NCBI GenBank assembly: GCA_044892505.1
Contig: CM097882.1
Location: 40,362,001 to 40,404,069, forward strand
DNA: 42,069 nt
Source: Schmidtea nova
Lineage: Eukaryota
Reading direction: 5' to 3'
Shown here: positions 1 to 11,693 of the stretch, one piece after another
Layout of the letters: each line of letters begins with the position of its first letter
How positions within the stretch are numbered: the first letter of the stretch is position 1
Program-made: the position numbers and the translations under genes
The notes under the pieces: model-generated
Databases searched by the model: none
Seen by the model: only the letters and a program-made list of their open reading frames with translations
Told to the model about the DNA's origin: nothing

Positions 1-79
1 GTTATTAGTATTATTTTTTTGGTAAATATTTTTTTGTGTTATTTGTAATGAAACTATAATTGTTGAACTTGTATTTCAT

Positions 80-201
80 CATATGACGTTAATGATTGAA
101 AAATTGTTTTTGATGATTGAAAAGCAGGGATGTTAAAAAATAATTTAAATAAAACTGACGTTATTGATTGAAAAAATGACGTTACAGATTGGTAAACCCT
201 A
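80..201. mobile_element. Probable terminus of a DNA transposon (TAGGG-type end) with subterminal repeats
   Basis: Three copies of a TGACGTTA(n)nGATTG motif (~84, ~157, ~177) end in GGTAAACCCTA (191-201). The reverse complement begins TAGGGTTTACCAATC, resembling hAT-like ends. The partner end is not in the window. Confidence 0.4.
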
Positions 202-580
202 TGTATCAGTAAAAATAATTAAATTAGTACGTTAATATATACTATAAAACCAGTAAATTTTTCCATTCAACATTATTGTTCCATCCTTTTTTTTGTAAAA
301 TTATATATGCACACATATTGTTAGAATAGCTTTACGCTTAAAACTATAAAAAGTTCCAGCTGCAGCCAAAATTGTTCCAAATGGTGAAAAAAGAAACCAC
401 CAAAGGCTAAACGTGCATTGCTAAATCAATGACTTTACTGATAATAAAATAAAATATTTAACTTATCAATTATGTAAAAATTACTATTTTTTATTCATTT
501 ATTTACTGAGTATTTTAATTTTTATTTACAGACCATTTAAACTTTTTTACTGATTATTAAATATTAATACATTATATAAT

Positions 581-583
<3 letters not shown>

Positions 584-637
<54 letters not shown>
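584..637. repeat. (TA)n microsatellite
   Basis: Direct reading; abuts the 3' tail of the PLE. Confidence 0.98.
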
Positions 638-639
<2 letters not shown>

Positions 640-641
<2 letters not shown>

Positions 642-1548
642 TCGAAAAAATGATGGCCTATTATTTATAAAAACACGAAATTGCCAAACAATAGAAATAT
701 ATTTCAAGGACATAGTCCTCATCATCAGTCTGCCATCATAATCTAAATCAAATGCTATATACGGAAACAGTAATGACGTAATGGCTATGATTTAATGAGT
801 TAATTAAATAATCTCAATAAATTCGTTGCTGATTGAATATTAATTGTAGGGGATTGTGATTTAATCACCAACGCCTCACATAAAATTCTTTCCCATTTAT
901 TATTAAAGTTTTTTAATATAATTTTAAAATCTTTTAAATCAGTTTCTCCTATACACATTGTTCTATGCTCAATAATATTACTCACACCTTTCAATCGGCT
1001 ATGTTCCTGAACCCGTGTGCGGAGATGACGGGAAGTCTCTACAATGTATGTGGCATTACACCCATTACAAGAAAACTTATACACTAGATCAGAAACTAAA
1101 CCTATTGGGGTTTAAGATTTATTACTAAACATATTTACTGATTTTAAAGACTTTGACACTATGTTAAATATGTTAGAATTTCCTAAGGATTTCATTATAG
1201 AACACTTAAAGTTTTTAAAACCTTCCGAATATGGAATTACTAAAACGTGCGTTTTTAAATGTTCACTATCATTAGATGGACTACCATTTCCAACGCTTTC
1301 ATCAGGCTCAATCAATAGCCGATCAATGGTTTCCTTAGTCAGTCTTTCTACAAAAGCCTTTGAATATCCATTTTTTTCAGAAGAGAAACAAGTTTATGTA
1401 TACTTTTGTTAGATTTTTCAAAAGTAGAAGATAATGACCACGATCTAAAAATCAAATCCTTAATCATATTTTTATTATATTTAAAATCACAAAAGCTATT
1501 AGCAGTAGTATATAGACCTGTATCAGTTGGCTTTCTATATACTTCATA
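640..1548 (-). mobile_element. Penelope-like retroelement, 3' fragment (RT thumb/linker + GIY-YIG endonuclease + tail), frameshifted
   Basis: Minus-strand translation gives YRKPTDTGLY...FRSWSLSS...KNGY (RT C-terminal region, ~1539-1360), a linker with VLVIPY, and YKFSCNGCNATYIVETSRHLRTRVQEH...ERILCEALVIKSQSPTINIQ (800-1084), the typical PLE GIY-YIG domain. Confidence 0.9.
686..738 (-). ncRNA. Degenerate minimal type-I hammerhead ribozyme motif in the PLE tail
   Basis: Minus strand reads GGCAGA-CUGAUGA-U-GAGGAC(UAU)GUCCUU-GAA-AUAUAU-U-UCUAUUG. This gives the core boxes, a 6-bp helix II with one G.U pair, a palindromic helix III (AUAUAU) and a short helix I (AGA/UCU plus wobbles). Confidence 0.55.
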
Positions 1549-1550
1549 TC

Positions 1551-1585
1551 TATATATATATATATATATATATAACTATATATAT
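1551..1585. repeat. Interrupted (TA)n at the PLE/Gypsy-1 junction
   Basis: Direct reading; lies immediately after the Gypsy-1 polypurine tract on the minus strand. Confidence 0.95.
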
Positions 1586-2499
1586 CACCCTTCTTAAGAA
1601 ATTTTTTATGTTTTCCCACGTTTCTTTCGATCTTTTTACCATTCTCGTTTCTTAAGATATATCGTCTGTCATGCACTTCCTCGATCACTTTGTATGGCCC
1701 ATCATATATGTCCTGGTTTTTATTGCATGTTTTGAATTTTACTAACACGTCTTCTCCAATATTGAATTTCCTCCTTGTTTGTTCTTCCGGTTCTTCTTTT
1801 ACCTGTTTTTCTTTGGACTCGTACCATTTTTACCTGCTCATTTTTTTCCAAAACTATCTCTGTAGAGCTTTTTCCTGTCGTTTTTTGTTTGGTTGCATTT
1901 AATGTGAATTCGACTTCTGGGAGTATCTCCGTCCAATCAGTCTTCTTTCTGTCTTGTAAAGAAGCATTTATCAGTTCTCGAATTGTCCTGAATTGTCTTT
2001 CTATCTGTCCGTTTGTTTGGTGATGGTATGGACTCGAAAAACATGACTTAATATTTAGCTTCTTTGTGAATTCTCTCATCATTCCTGATTCAAACGCCTT
2101 CCCAGAATCAACTCTTATCTCCTTTGGGCAACCAAATCTTAAAATTTATGTTTCGAAAATCGTTTTCTTTATCGTTTCTTCGTCTTGTCTTGTTATGGCT
2201 GTCAAGATTTGATACTTACTATACTGGTCTATACTTTTTACGCCCTCTGTTTTTTTGCATTAGTCCACATATATCCACGAATATGTTTTAGAACATTTCG
2301 TTTGATTCTAGTTTCTTTACTGGTTCTTTCGTTGTTATTGTTAGAGCCTTAGTTTTTTGTCAAATTTCGCAACTTCGAACAATTTACTGAATCTGACTCA
2401 ACAAGTGTTTTCCCAAATATCTATCTTTCATATAATCAACTATCTTCTCGACTCTAGCATGAAACAATAGTCCGTGCATTTCCTTTATTGTTTCTCATA

Positions 2500-3478
2500 T
2501 TTCGTTTTAAAGTATCATCGTTGAATCGAGCCAAGACGATTTTTAATGCATTTTTATTTTCATTAATAAGCAATTCCTCTGTCATAATGTCAAAGATATC
2601 ACTGTTTAACTTGAAATCATCAAAAGAAGCATTGGATTGTTGACATACGTCAGATATTTGAATTCCCGATTTGAGAATTGGCTTTGAATCACAAATATTT
2701 TTTTTTAATTGAAAAGAAAGATTGATATCTTCTTTCGTTTCCAAAATGTCGTCTTCAGATTGAATGACAACTATCGAATTAGAATCCCCTTGCATGAGAA
2801 GTTCGCCGACACGATTAGAATGTAACGAGATCAACTCTGAAGTCATTTAAATCAGAGAACAATATTCTTCTTTTAATCCACAGAAATCCAATTAACTCCA
2901 AATTAAGATTCTAAACCTGTCCCAAATACAATTGCCAAAATTCACTCGCTCCCACTAAGCAAGATTTGAAAAAATCCACCACAATCCAATTTCCGAATTG
3001 GATCGAAGAAACAAATCCAATTCCAGAAAAATCGATTAATATAAATCGAGAATTAATTCCAATCACCTCTCAAAGAAAAAGCGCACACAGACGCTGAAGC
3101 ACAAATAGACAAACAGGCGCTGAAGCACGAATACACGAACGCGATAGAACACAATGAAATTCAATGTGCATACGGACGCATATAAAACACCTAACCATGG
3201 AATGCGCACACAGACGCAGTAATAAACTCCAGAAAATGCGCACACAGACGCAGTAATAAACTCCAGAAAATGCGCACACAGGCGCGTAATAACCACAAGA
3301 TATTATAAAAGCGCACCTGGACGCGAGACAATGATATTCAAACAAGCGCACACATACGCGAAAGAAGAAGCAATTTTAACTACGCGCACACAGGCACATA
3401 TAGCATGGAATAAAACGCGCACACAGACGCGAGTCAGGAAAAAATTGGCACAATATATACATGCGCACACAGACCTGT
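2500..3478 (-). mobile_element. Foreign insertion in Gypsy-1 pol, possibly the 5' end of a DNA transposon (CAGG terminus, repeat array, non-coding leader, start of an unknown ORF)
   Basis: Pol-like coding stops at ~3480 and resumes at the integrase HHCC near 2500. The insert starts CAGGTCTGTGTGCGC on the minus strand. No second TIR or TSD was found. Confidence 0.4.
3081..3476. repeat. Array of ~12 copies of a 14-bp core (GCGCACACAGACGC) with mostly variable spacers
   Basis: Cores at 3081, 3107, 3129, 3166, 3204, 3238, 3272, 3311, 3346, 3384, 3417 and 3463. A perfect 34-bp tandem duplication lies at 3202-3269. Confidence 0.9.
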
Positions 3479-6338
3479 CCGAAACAATCGTTTTCTTTTG
3501 TACTTCTTCTAAGTTTCTTTGTTGGCTTATGCTTCTCCCTTCTTCTCTGATCGAGTCTAATAATCTAGATTTTATCTTCTCTTTCTTAACTTCTTCATGG
3601 GTCATTTGACAGTGAGTATACGTGTCACATTTAGTTCCCGACACCATGTCTGCATTTTGATGATTAACCCCCTTTTCTGAATTTTACGACCATATCTAAA
3701 GTGCTTAAATAATTGATCTAGGTTTCGAATTTTGCAGTAATTGGCTTCTTGGTTGTCATCATAAACGTGATCGCTTGGCGGCCTGTCCTGGGTGTGAATC
3801 TCATTCCGTAAAGATAGTGCTAAATGAATGCAAAAGTAGTATACAGCCAATAGTTCCTTCCTTGTAATACAAGACCCTTTCTCGTGGCTCGTCATCGAGT
3901 GTGATCCATACGCAATTACTCTCTCCTTTCCATCGTTATCTCTTTGTGAAAGTACCGCTTCAGTGGTATCAAAACTGACATCTGTATCTAAGATGAACTC
4001 CTTTCTCAGATTCGGAAAACATGAGATCGTTGCTGTCGTAAGTGCTCCCTTCAATCCCTCGAACACACTATTCGTTCCTTCCGTCCATTCCAATCTTTTG
4101 TTACTAGGGCCCATACATAATTGTTCTAACATTCTGGTCTTCTTTGCATACTCGCTGATGAATCTTCTGTAATAATTGCAAACGCCTAAAAATCTTCAGG
4201 GTTTCTTTACGCAACTTGGCTTCCCAAAATTTTGTAAGGCCTTAATCTTAGAAGGATCTGTCTGTACTCCTTCGTTGCTGATTATGTGTTCTAGGAATCT
4301 AATTTCTTTCTGTAATACTTGACACTTTTCTGGGTTAATCTTTAGTCCTGCTACCTCAATCGCCTTTAACACTTCTCCGAATATTGCATAATGTTTTACT
4401 TTACGGCTCGAATAAATCAAAAAGTCGTCCAAATACACCATAGCCCCATTTATATTGCTGATTATCTTTGTCATCATTTCCTGGAACGTACCTGGAATGG
4501 CATTCTATTGAAACAGCATTGCCCGTTCTTTGTTGAAAAGGCTGTTTTCAACTGTGATTCTTTGTCTAATTCAACTTGGTAATATGCATTACCTAGGTCG
4601 ATTGAACTGAAAAAGACGGTTCCTCCTAACAAATCCAACATCTTGTCTATGTTTGCCATTGAAAATACCTGCCTCTCTGTTAAAGAGTTCAGCATTCTGA
4701 AATCCAAGCATAAGTTTATATTCTTTTTCTCTTTTTTCCATACGCATATTAACGGCGTATTCCACGGGGAGTTGCATTTCTTTATAATCCGGTTTTCGTA
4801 GAAATTCTGTATTGCTTCTTCAATCTTTGTTTCCAAATTTAATGGTTGACGATATGGCTTTATATTAATCGGTTCACCACTTGTAACTATCTTATGTTTT
4901 ACCAAATGCGTGCGACCCACGTCCAATTTATCCGCCATGAACACGTTTCCACTGTTAGTTATTATTTCCTTTAGTTTGCTATCTTCATTAACATTAAGAT
5001 GTTCCAAGGCTCGTTTCAACGGTTCTACGCCCTTTATTTGTCTACCGAATTTTGCTTCAATGTTACAAATATAGTTCTTGTCTTTGTCACTAGCTTCGAT
5101 ATCTTTTCTTTTTGACAGACTATATCCAAATTCTTTTTGTAATATACTCCTCCAATTAAATCTGGTGTCCCCCTTTCCGCCACAATGAATATAACGTCTT
5201 TAGAAATATCTCCAATAGTTACTTGCACCTTTGTTCTTCCTATTGTGTCTATCGTACTCTCGTTTGCGCATAGTAATTTATCGTCGCTCCTCATCAATTG
5301 TTGTCCTCGTAACCTGTTAAAACAGTTCACACTCATTACGTTGATTCGTGCCCCGGTATCTAATAAACAGTCGAAATTTTCCTCATTCATCATTACTGTT
5401 ACACTAGGAATTCCTTGTAGCTTGTCATACACAATTTCAATAGCCTGTCCCATTTCAATCGTTCCAATTCTTTCCACTTCCTCTTCAAACCTTTCTCTCC
5501 TTAAGAACTTGTATACTTTCTCACTTACCCTTCCTACATTTCCCCACTTTTCTACCCTTTGAGGATATCCCATAAACTTGTCTATTAGTATATGGCTCCA
5601 ACCAACTCCTCTACTGGTGGAGCCCAGTTGTTTGCTTACGGCTTACTAAATTTATCTTCATTCGTCTACACACGATTCCCTTTCCTCTTCTTCCGCGATT
5701 CCATTTATTCGACTGTATTTGTTTCCTGACGGTCCTTTTTTCTCTATCGTTTTCCTGTAACCCAACTCTGTATAACATTCTTCGGATCTATGACCATTTC
5801 TGTTGCATCTTTTTCTGACATAAACTTCTTATATGACCTACTTTCCCACAACCAAAACATCTTGGCGCTTTTTTATCTGAACAATTCCTACTTAAATGTC
5901 CGTTTCTGTGACACGTCCAACACTATACATTTCCTTTTATTGGACAGTCTATTTTTGTATGGTTCATTTTGTGGCATAACCAACATTCTGGTCCTTTTTT
6001 ATCGTAATTATTCATCAAATTTTTATTTTTATTTTATTTTTATTTCAAACAGACAAATTGACAGATCTGGGCAATTATTATATTAAATAATGATAAAAGT
6101 TATTGGAACAGAAAGTATAGTAGACTTTGTACGATGGAGGTTCGGTGAGAATAAAACTCAAAGGAAATGGGTACAAAAATATAATTTTAAAGCTTTTTAT
6201 TTAAAATTAATATCAGACATCAATGATTCATATATTTGCCTATTTATCTAATACATGTTGCACTATTATATAAAACTTATACGAAGAGATAATGATAGTG
6301 TTATGAAGTACTGAATACTAGAAACTAGTTAAATTCAA

Positions 6339-6393
6339 ATATTTATTAAACATAAAATTTTAGTTATTAAAACAACTTTAAATTAAAGATTGA

Positions 6394-6450
<57 letters not shown>

Positions 6451-6504
6451 CAATCTTTAATTTAAAGTTGTTTTAATAACTAAAATTTTATGTTTAATAA
6501 ATAT
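6339..6504. repeat. Perfect 58-bp inverted repeat around an expanded (TA)n core
   Basis: 6339-6396 is the exact reverse complement of 6447-6504; the 50-nt centre is (TA)n. Confidence 0.97.
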
Positions 6505-6909
6505 CGGCCTGGTGGTTTTCTGTTCCTGTCGGGTCTGCCCTTGGTATCAACGACCAAGGTGTCTACTATCGGACTTTTATTCCGTGAGCTTCTATCTTCT
6601 GCAATTTGATTGTTGCTTGTTAAAGTCAGGTTTGTTTCTCCCGGTTTTATAATCCATGAGGTGTTGTTTCCTTTCGGCATTAAGAATATGGCTTCTTGGG
6701 ATTCTTTTTCCGGTGTTTGTTTGTATGTTATCTTTTCTCATTGTTTGAAATTTGAGGAGATCGGCACCCTTATTTGTCGTCCGAATATTATTTCCTACGG
6801 CGATTTGCCTCTTGAGTCTGTGGCTACTCTATGGTGGGATAGTACCTTTTGTAAGTACGATGTGAAGGGCTGGTGAGTTTGCGTTAGTTTCCAACACCGT
6901 ATGGCCTTC

Positions 6910-9417
6910 TTAATCACCCGGATAGCTCTCTGCACTTCCATTCGCCATTGGGAAGTATTGAGGGCTTTCAATCTTCCGAATGCCTTGATGGCTTAACCAT
7001 CTCAAAACCTCGTTTGACGTGAATTCGGGGGCATTATCAGATACTAATGTTTCGGGAAGACCAAAGCGACAAAATACTGTTCGCAAACATTCTATGACTG
7101 TCTCGGATGAGCGATTCCGTGTTCTGAATGCTTCTATCCATCCAGAGCCTGAATCAATAATAATTAGAATGTTTCCTACTTCAGCAGCATGAGCCCAATC
7201 TATATGTATTCTTTCGAATGGTTTAGCTATAGGCCACTGATCGACTGTTTTTACAATTGACGGGCGAAGTCGGTTGCAAATTGAACATTCACTGACTCTC
7301 TTTTCAATGTCACCGTGCATACCAGGCCACCATGCGGAAATGGATATTCTTTTAGTAGATGACTTGGTGCCAGAGTGTATTTCATCGTGCGCTAATTCAA
7401 ACACTTCTCGCCTGAGTCTTGTAGGGATAAAAATTCGTGTCCCATAGTATAGCATATTGTCTTCGATAGTCAACCTTTCTGATGCTCTTGCAAATGGCAT
7501 CTCGGCTTCGGAGCACGACGACCATTTTCCATTTGTCACTCGTTTCATGATTCTTTGCATGAATTTGTCTTTGCTCAGTTCTTCTCTGATTTTGTCCTCG
7601 TCTAAAATACATTTTCTGAATTGGGCGGTCATTGAATGTAAGATGGTCTCTTCTATTACTTCTTCTTCATCTTTAATGTCTTTTTTTACATATTTCAATC
7701 GGGACAGGGCATCGAGATGTGGGATATTTTTCCCTCTTAGGTATGAAATTGAATAATCATACTGCATTAATAATAATGCCCATTTCGTCACTCTTACTGA
7801 TGTAGTACTGGGAATAGCACTCTTGTTGCCAAACAGATATTGCAGTGATTTGTGATCGGTTTTGATGTCAAATTTTCTTCCCAAGAGGAACTGCTTCAGA
7901 CGAATCACTGACCATACAATCGCTAATGCTTCGCGCTCTATGTTGGAATAGTTCCTTTCTGCCGGAGATAATGTCCTCGATACATATATTACTGGTGAGC
8001 CCTCTTGTGTAAGTATGGCAGCTATAGCGGTTTTGGATGCATCTGTAGTTAATGTTACTTCTTTTTCTAGGTCGTACGGTTTAACTATTGGTGACTTCGA
8101 TATCTCCTTTTTTATTTCCTCAAACGCCGACTGGCATGCCTTGGTCCATTGGAAGGCACCACACTTTGATTTCCTTAACTCGTTTATCGGAAGTATTTTC
8201 ATTGCAAATTGTGGAATTAATCTGCCGAAATAATTGATTAATCCGACAAAGCTTTCCACTTCTTTTCTGTTTCCCAGTGTCTGTATCTCACGTATTTTCG
8301 ATACAAGTCTATCACCTGGTTCGATTCCTTTTTCGGATATTTTGAAGCCTAAAAACGTAATCACTTTTGAATGTAGGATTGACTTACTTTCATTCACTGT
8401 GACTTTTCTTTCTTTAAGCCTTGATATGACAGCATTGAATCTTTTTCTCAGCGCTTCATTGTTTTCTGCAAAGATTAAGATGTCGTCTTGGTAAATTAAC
8501 AATCCTTTAATGTCTGTTAGGATGTTTTCCATTGTTCTCTGGAAGATTGTTGATGCGTTCTTCATTCCCATCTGCAGTCTGTTTACTTCGTACAGGCCTT
8601 TGCTCATGTTTATGACCGATAATTTCTTTGCTTGTTCGTCTAGCTCGATTTGCCAGTAAGCTGAAGTTAAATCTAACTTTGCAAAGACCTTGGCATTCTT
8701 TAATTTAGCGAAGATGGTCTCAATATTCGGGAAATGGTAGGCATCCATTTTGATTCTCTCATTTACATGCACCTTGAAGTCTACACACATTCTTAACTCC
8801 CCATTTCTCTTCTTTATCCAAATCACCGGCGAGGCATTCGTAACCGGGGTTGTGCATGGACTGATTATTCCTATCTTCTCTAATCGGGTTAGTTCATCGT
8901 TCACCTTGCTTTTTAATGCTAAGGGTATCGGGCGTGCTCGACAAAATACGTCTTTCGAGTTCTCGATTAGTGTCATTGACGCTTTTATTCCCTTTATCGA
9001 CGGGAGAATTTCGGATGGGTGTTTTTCATTTGAGATTTGATTTATTGATAATTCCATTTCATTTAAGATCGAAAGAATGTCCTGGCCCAACAGGCCAAAT
9101 TCTTTCGTAGATTGTACTACTATTAACTCGATCGGATATATCTTTGATTTCGTTTCGATGGTAGTGTTGAACTTACCGGTTGATTTCAGTACATGACCGT
9201 CATATACTTCTAGAGTCTTCGTTGTTTTCTTTAGTTTGGGTTTGCCTAAGTACTCCCATATTGATGTCGATATTATTGATACAGTGGCTCCTGTATCCAA
9301 TTGCATTTTTACCGGTACTGACTTGATTGTGTACGTCTCTATATTATCCCCAACTTGATTTACAGTCTCGACATGATATATGCCACACGCCTCCTCGTTA
9401 TCAGATATATAATTCAT
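6910..9417 (-). CDS. pol: Gypsy-2 Pol polyprotein (PR-RT-RNase H-integrase, 835 aa), integrase frameshifted just before the catalytic Glu region
   Basis: LDTGA; MCVDFK, DLTSAY, YQDD; TDAS...EREALA...TDH; HDEIH...CSIC; DWAH and SDNAPEF. The frame breaks at NGSAES and integrase continues in another frame to RKPPGRY (~6505). Confidence 0.92.
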   Translation of the reverse strand: MNYISDNEEACGIYHVETVNQVGDNIETYTIKSVPVKMQLDTGATVSIISTSIWEYLGKPKLKKTTKTLEVYDGHVLKSTGKFNTTIETKSKIYPIELIVVQSTKEFGLLGQDILSILNEMELSINQISNEKHPSEILPSIKGIKASMTLIENSKDVFCRARPIPLALKSKVNDELTRLEKIGIISPCTTPVTNASPVIWIKKRNGELRMCVDFKVHVNERIKMDAYHFPNIETIFAKLKNAKVFAKLDLTSAYWQIELDEQAKKLSVINMSKGLYEVNRLQMGMKNASTIFQRTMENILTDIKGLLIYQDDILIFAENNEALRKRFNAVISRLKERKVTVNESKSILHSKVITFLGFKISEKGIEPGDRLVSKIREIQTLGNRKEVESFVGLINYFGRLIPQFAMKILPINELRKSKCGAFQWTKACQSAFEEIKKEISKSPIVKPYDLEKEVTLTTDASKTAIAAILTQEGSPVIYVSRTLSPAERNYSNIEREALAIVWSVIRLKQFLLGRKFDIKTDHKSLQYLFGNKSAIPSTTSVRVTKWALLLMQYDYSISYLRGKNIPHLDALSRLKYVKKDIKDEEEVIEETILHSMTAQFRKCILDEDKIREELSKDKFMQRIMKRVTNGKWSSCSEAEMPFARASERLTIEDNMLYYGTRIFIPTRLRREVFELAHDEIHSGTKSSTKRISISAWWPGMHGDIEKRVSECSICNRLRPSIVKTVDQWPIAKPFERIHIDWAHAAEVGNILIIIDSGSGWIEAFRTRNRSSETVIECLRTVFCRFGLPETLVSDNAPEFTSNEVLRWLSHQGIRKIESPQYFPMANGSAESYPGD

Positions 9418-9419
9418 TA

Positions 9420-10193
9420 CCTTAGTTTATTTTGAGAGCCGGGTCGATCTGCACACTTTTGCCAGATGGTTTCTTTTCCCACATAGTTTGCATTCTTTAT
9501 TGAATGTTGGACATTTTCTTTTTTTGTGATTCGATCCGCAAAATTTGCAGTTTGTAACAGTTTCATGGGTTAACTTTGCTTTGAAAAGTTTATCTCGAAT
9601 TCTTTATCTCCTACATTTTCTGTGATGTTTTCTTCGCCTTTGATGAATAATTGTATTTGTTTTATGTTCTGAATAATGTTCTAGATCTCGTGAATTGATT
9701 TGCAATTGTCCTGACATTGTATGAGAACCTTCTCTTGTGTTGCTTTGTTCCGAATTCCTGTCAATACTGCTATTTTTAACATCTCCTCTGTAGGGTCGAT
9801 TACATTCTTTAACTGTTCGAATTCACAGAATCGTGCCCTTGTCTTTAGTCTTGTGAAAAAATCGGCTATTGATTCGTTGGCTATTTGCTTTGTCATATAG
9901 AACTTTGTTCTCTCCGCAATAACCAGTCTTCTTTTTGGTTCAAGATACTGCAACAGGGCTTTGTGAATTTTCTCGAATTCCATTTCTTCAATCTTCTCGG
10001 GTTCCACAATTGTCTGAGTTTTCATTAAGGCTTTAATTCCGCAACTAGCCATGAAATTGATTGTCGAAATTCTGCCACTGTCTTCTGATGTTGACAGGTA
10101 GCATCTCGATATAGCTGAAAATGCTAGGAGCCAGCATTTGGCTTCTTCTGCGCATTGCAGGTTTAATTCTCCTAACATGTGCTGTGACGCCAT
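9420..10193 (-). pseudogene. gag: Gypsy-2 gag (interrupted) with zinc knuckles
   Basis: 170-aa ORF with VIAERTKF...ESIADFFTRLKTRARFCEF, then a stop and frameshift, then CKFCGSNH...C and CKLCGKRNHLAKVC near 9440-9555. Confidence 0.85.
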
Positions 10194-11661
10194 TGTTATG
10201 AAGTACTGAATACTAGAAACTAGTTAAATTCAAATATTTATTAAACATAAAATTTTAGTTATTAAAACAACTTTAAATTAATAATTGATTTAATATATAT
10301 AACAGATAGCAACACTTATCAAACCCATAAGTTATTGCATTTAGTGTTTAATTCGTACTACCTGTGAATATGAATATGAAAACCAATGAGATAACACATT
10401 GACTTTCAAATCCATCTATTAATCTAAGTGAATTTTATGTTAATAAAGTTGCAAATGTAACGGGATTTCGTTTATGTAAAAATAAAACACTGAACAGTAT
10501 TCTTTTAAAAGAAATTGTAAAAATTAGCATTATTCAAGAAATAATAGATAAAAAAAATGAGGAGCCAACAGTTCAAGCTAGTTCATCATTTCGAATTAAA
10601 ATTGATATGTGTGTTTTTATTTAATTGTGATCGAAAGTTTGTTTAAAAATTGTTTTTATAATGTTAAAATATTATTAATAATTAAGAATAAAAATTAAGA
10701 TTTTAAAAATATTAAAATCTCCATATAATAAGCTTTCGTATGAAAAATTTTATTTTACTCAATTCCCGGTACTTAAGGATATTTATTAACATCATCGCGA
10801 TCAAATATCTTTGAAAATAAAATTATTGTAAAGTTCACAAAAAATAACTAACGGGAAGCACCCAATAATCTAACATCAGTAAGGCCTGAGTTTAGAGCCA
10901 TACAAAGTGGATTGAATAATGATTAAAATTGCACAAAAAGTTAATTTTAATTTCAATAAAATGTTTTTACATATTCTACTATTTATTTCTACAACTAATT
11001 TTCTTTGAAAATTCATTTTAATATTTCCGAAGATTGCTAGACGCGATTAAATAACAAAACAAAACTTAACTTTAAATAACATACTGAATTAGCATTAAAT
11101 TGGAATATGTTCAAAGATCAAAGTCTTAAAAAGAACTTTCTCTAGTATGAATTAATGAATCAAAATAAATGAGAAAAAAAATTGACAGATTTGACACTAA
11201 ATTGACATTTTCACTTTGATTTAATAAAACCGAAAAGTAAACAATAGATAAATTTTATTTGAACCTGAATAGAATTTTCAAAGATTGAATTCGGTATAAT
11301 GGTATATTCAGATTGATCTATCTCGAATTCGGTATAAATAAATACTTAGCCTTTCAAATATTGTATTGTTTTTATTAATTTGAAGTTTCAAAGTATAGAA
11401 ATAGTGATTTCGATTGCTATCTATTTAATAAAGATTATGAATTTTCACGCTAGAAACATGGTAGTCAATTTCAAGTGGCGGTGTCATTCTCAAACAAGTG
11501 AAAAGTTTTCCAGAAAAGTTCTTAAAAATATTAATTAATATAATAATGTCTTAATTATAAAGTCTTTTAAATTGTTTTAAGAATTAAGTAGAAAACCTAT
11601 GTATAAAATAAGATGATAAAAGACAACAAATAGACAATATGATAAAGCTACAATTAACAGT

Positions 11662-11693
11662 TATATATATGTATATATATATATATATATATA
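11662..11693. repeat. (TA)n run ending in the TA target of the Tigger element
   Basis: Direct reading. Confidence 0.95.

Larger units (their letters stand above)
1586..6060 (-). mobile_element. Gypsy-1: decayed Ty3/Gypsy LTR retrotransposon (gag-PR-RT-RH-INT), LTRs not recognisable
   Basis: Protease LLDTGA (5034-5573); RT SPWNTP..., DLGNAYYQV and YLDD (4196-5019); RNase H DTDVS...KELLAV (3602-4132); integrase HHCC (EMHGLLFH...CEIC, ~2300-2500) and YHHQTNGQIER (1720-2082); PPT AAGAAGGGTG at 1586-1595. Many stops and frameshifts. Confidence 0.92.
6299..10304 (-). mobile_element. Gypsy-2: near full-length Ty3/Gypsy LTR retrotransposon (~4.0 kb) with 5-bp TSD
   Basis: 5' LTR 10194-10304 (111 bp, TGTTAT...ATAACA). 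3' LTR 6299-~6400 differs by 2 substitutions over the shared part. TSD GATAG at 6294-6298 and 10305-10309. PBS-like TGGCGTCAC starts 1 nt after the 5' LTR. Confidence 0.96.

Noticed and set aside
3081-3476. CRISPR array
   Set aside because: Eukaryotic context with no cas genes; the cores are only 14 bp and degenerate, and one spacer is duplicated.
4155-4200. CTGATGA inside Gypsy-1 pol
   Set aside because: Lies within pol-derived sequence; no GAAA or stems follow.
7397-9110. Plus-strand and alternative-frame ORFs over Gypsy-2 pol (and similar ones over Gypsy-1, -3 and -4)
   Set aside because: Shadow ORFs of the pol frames with no independent motifs.
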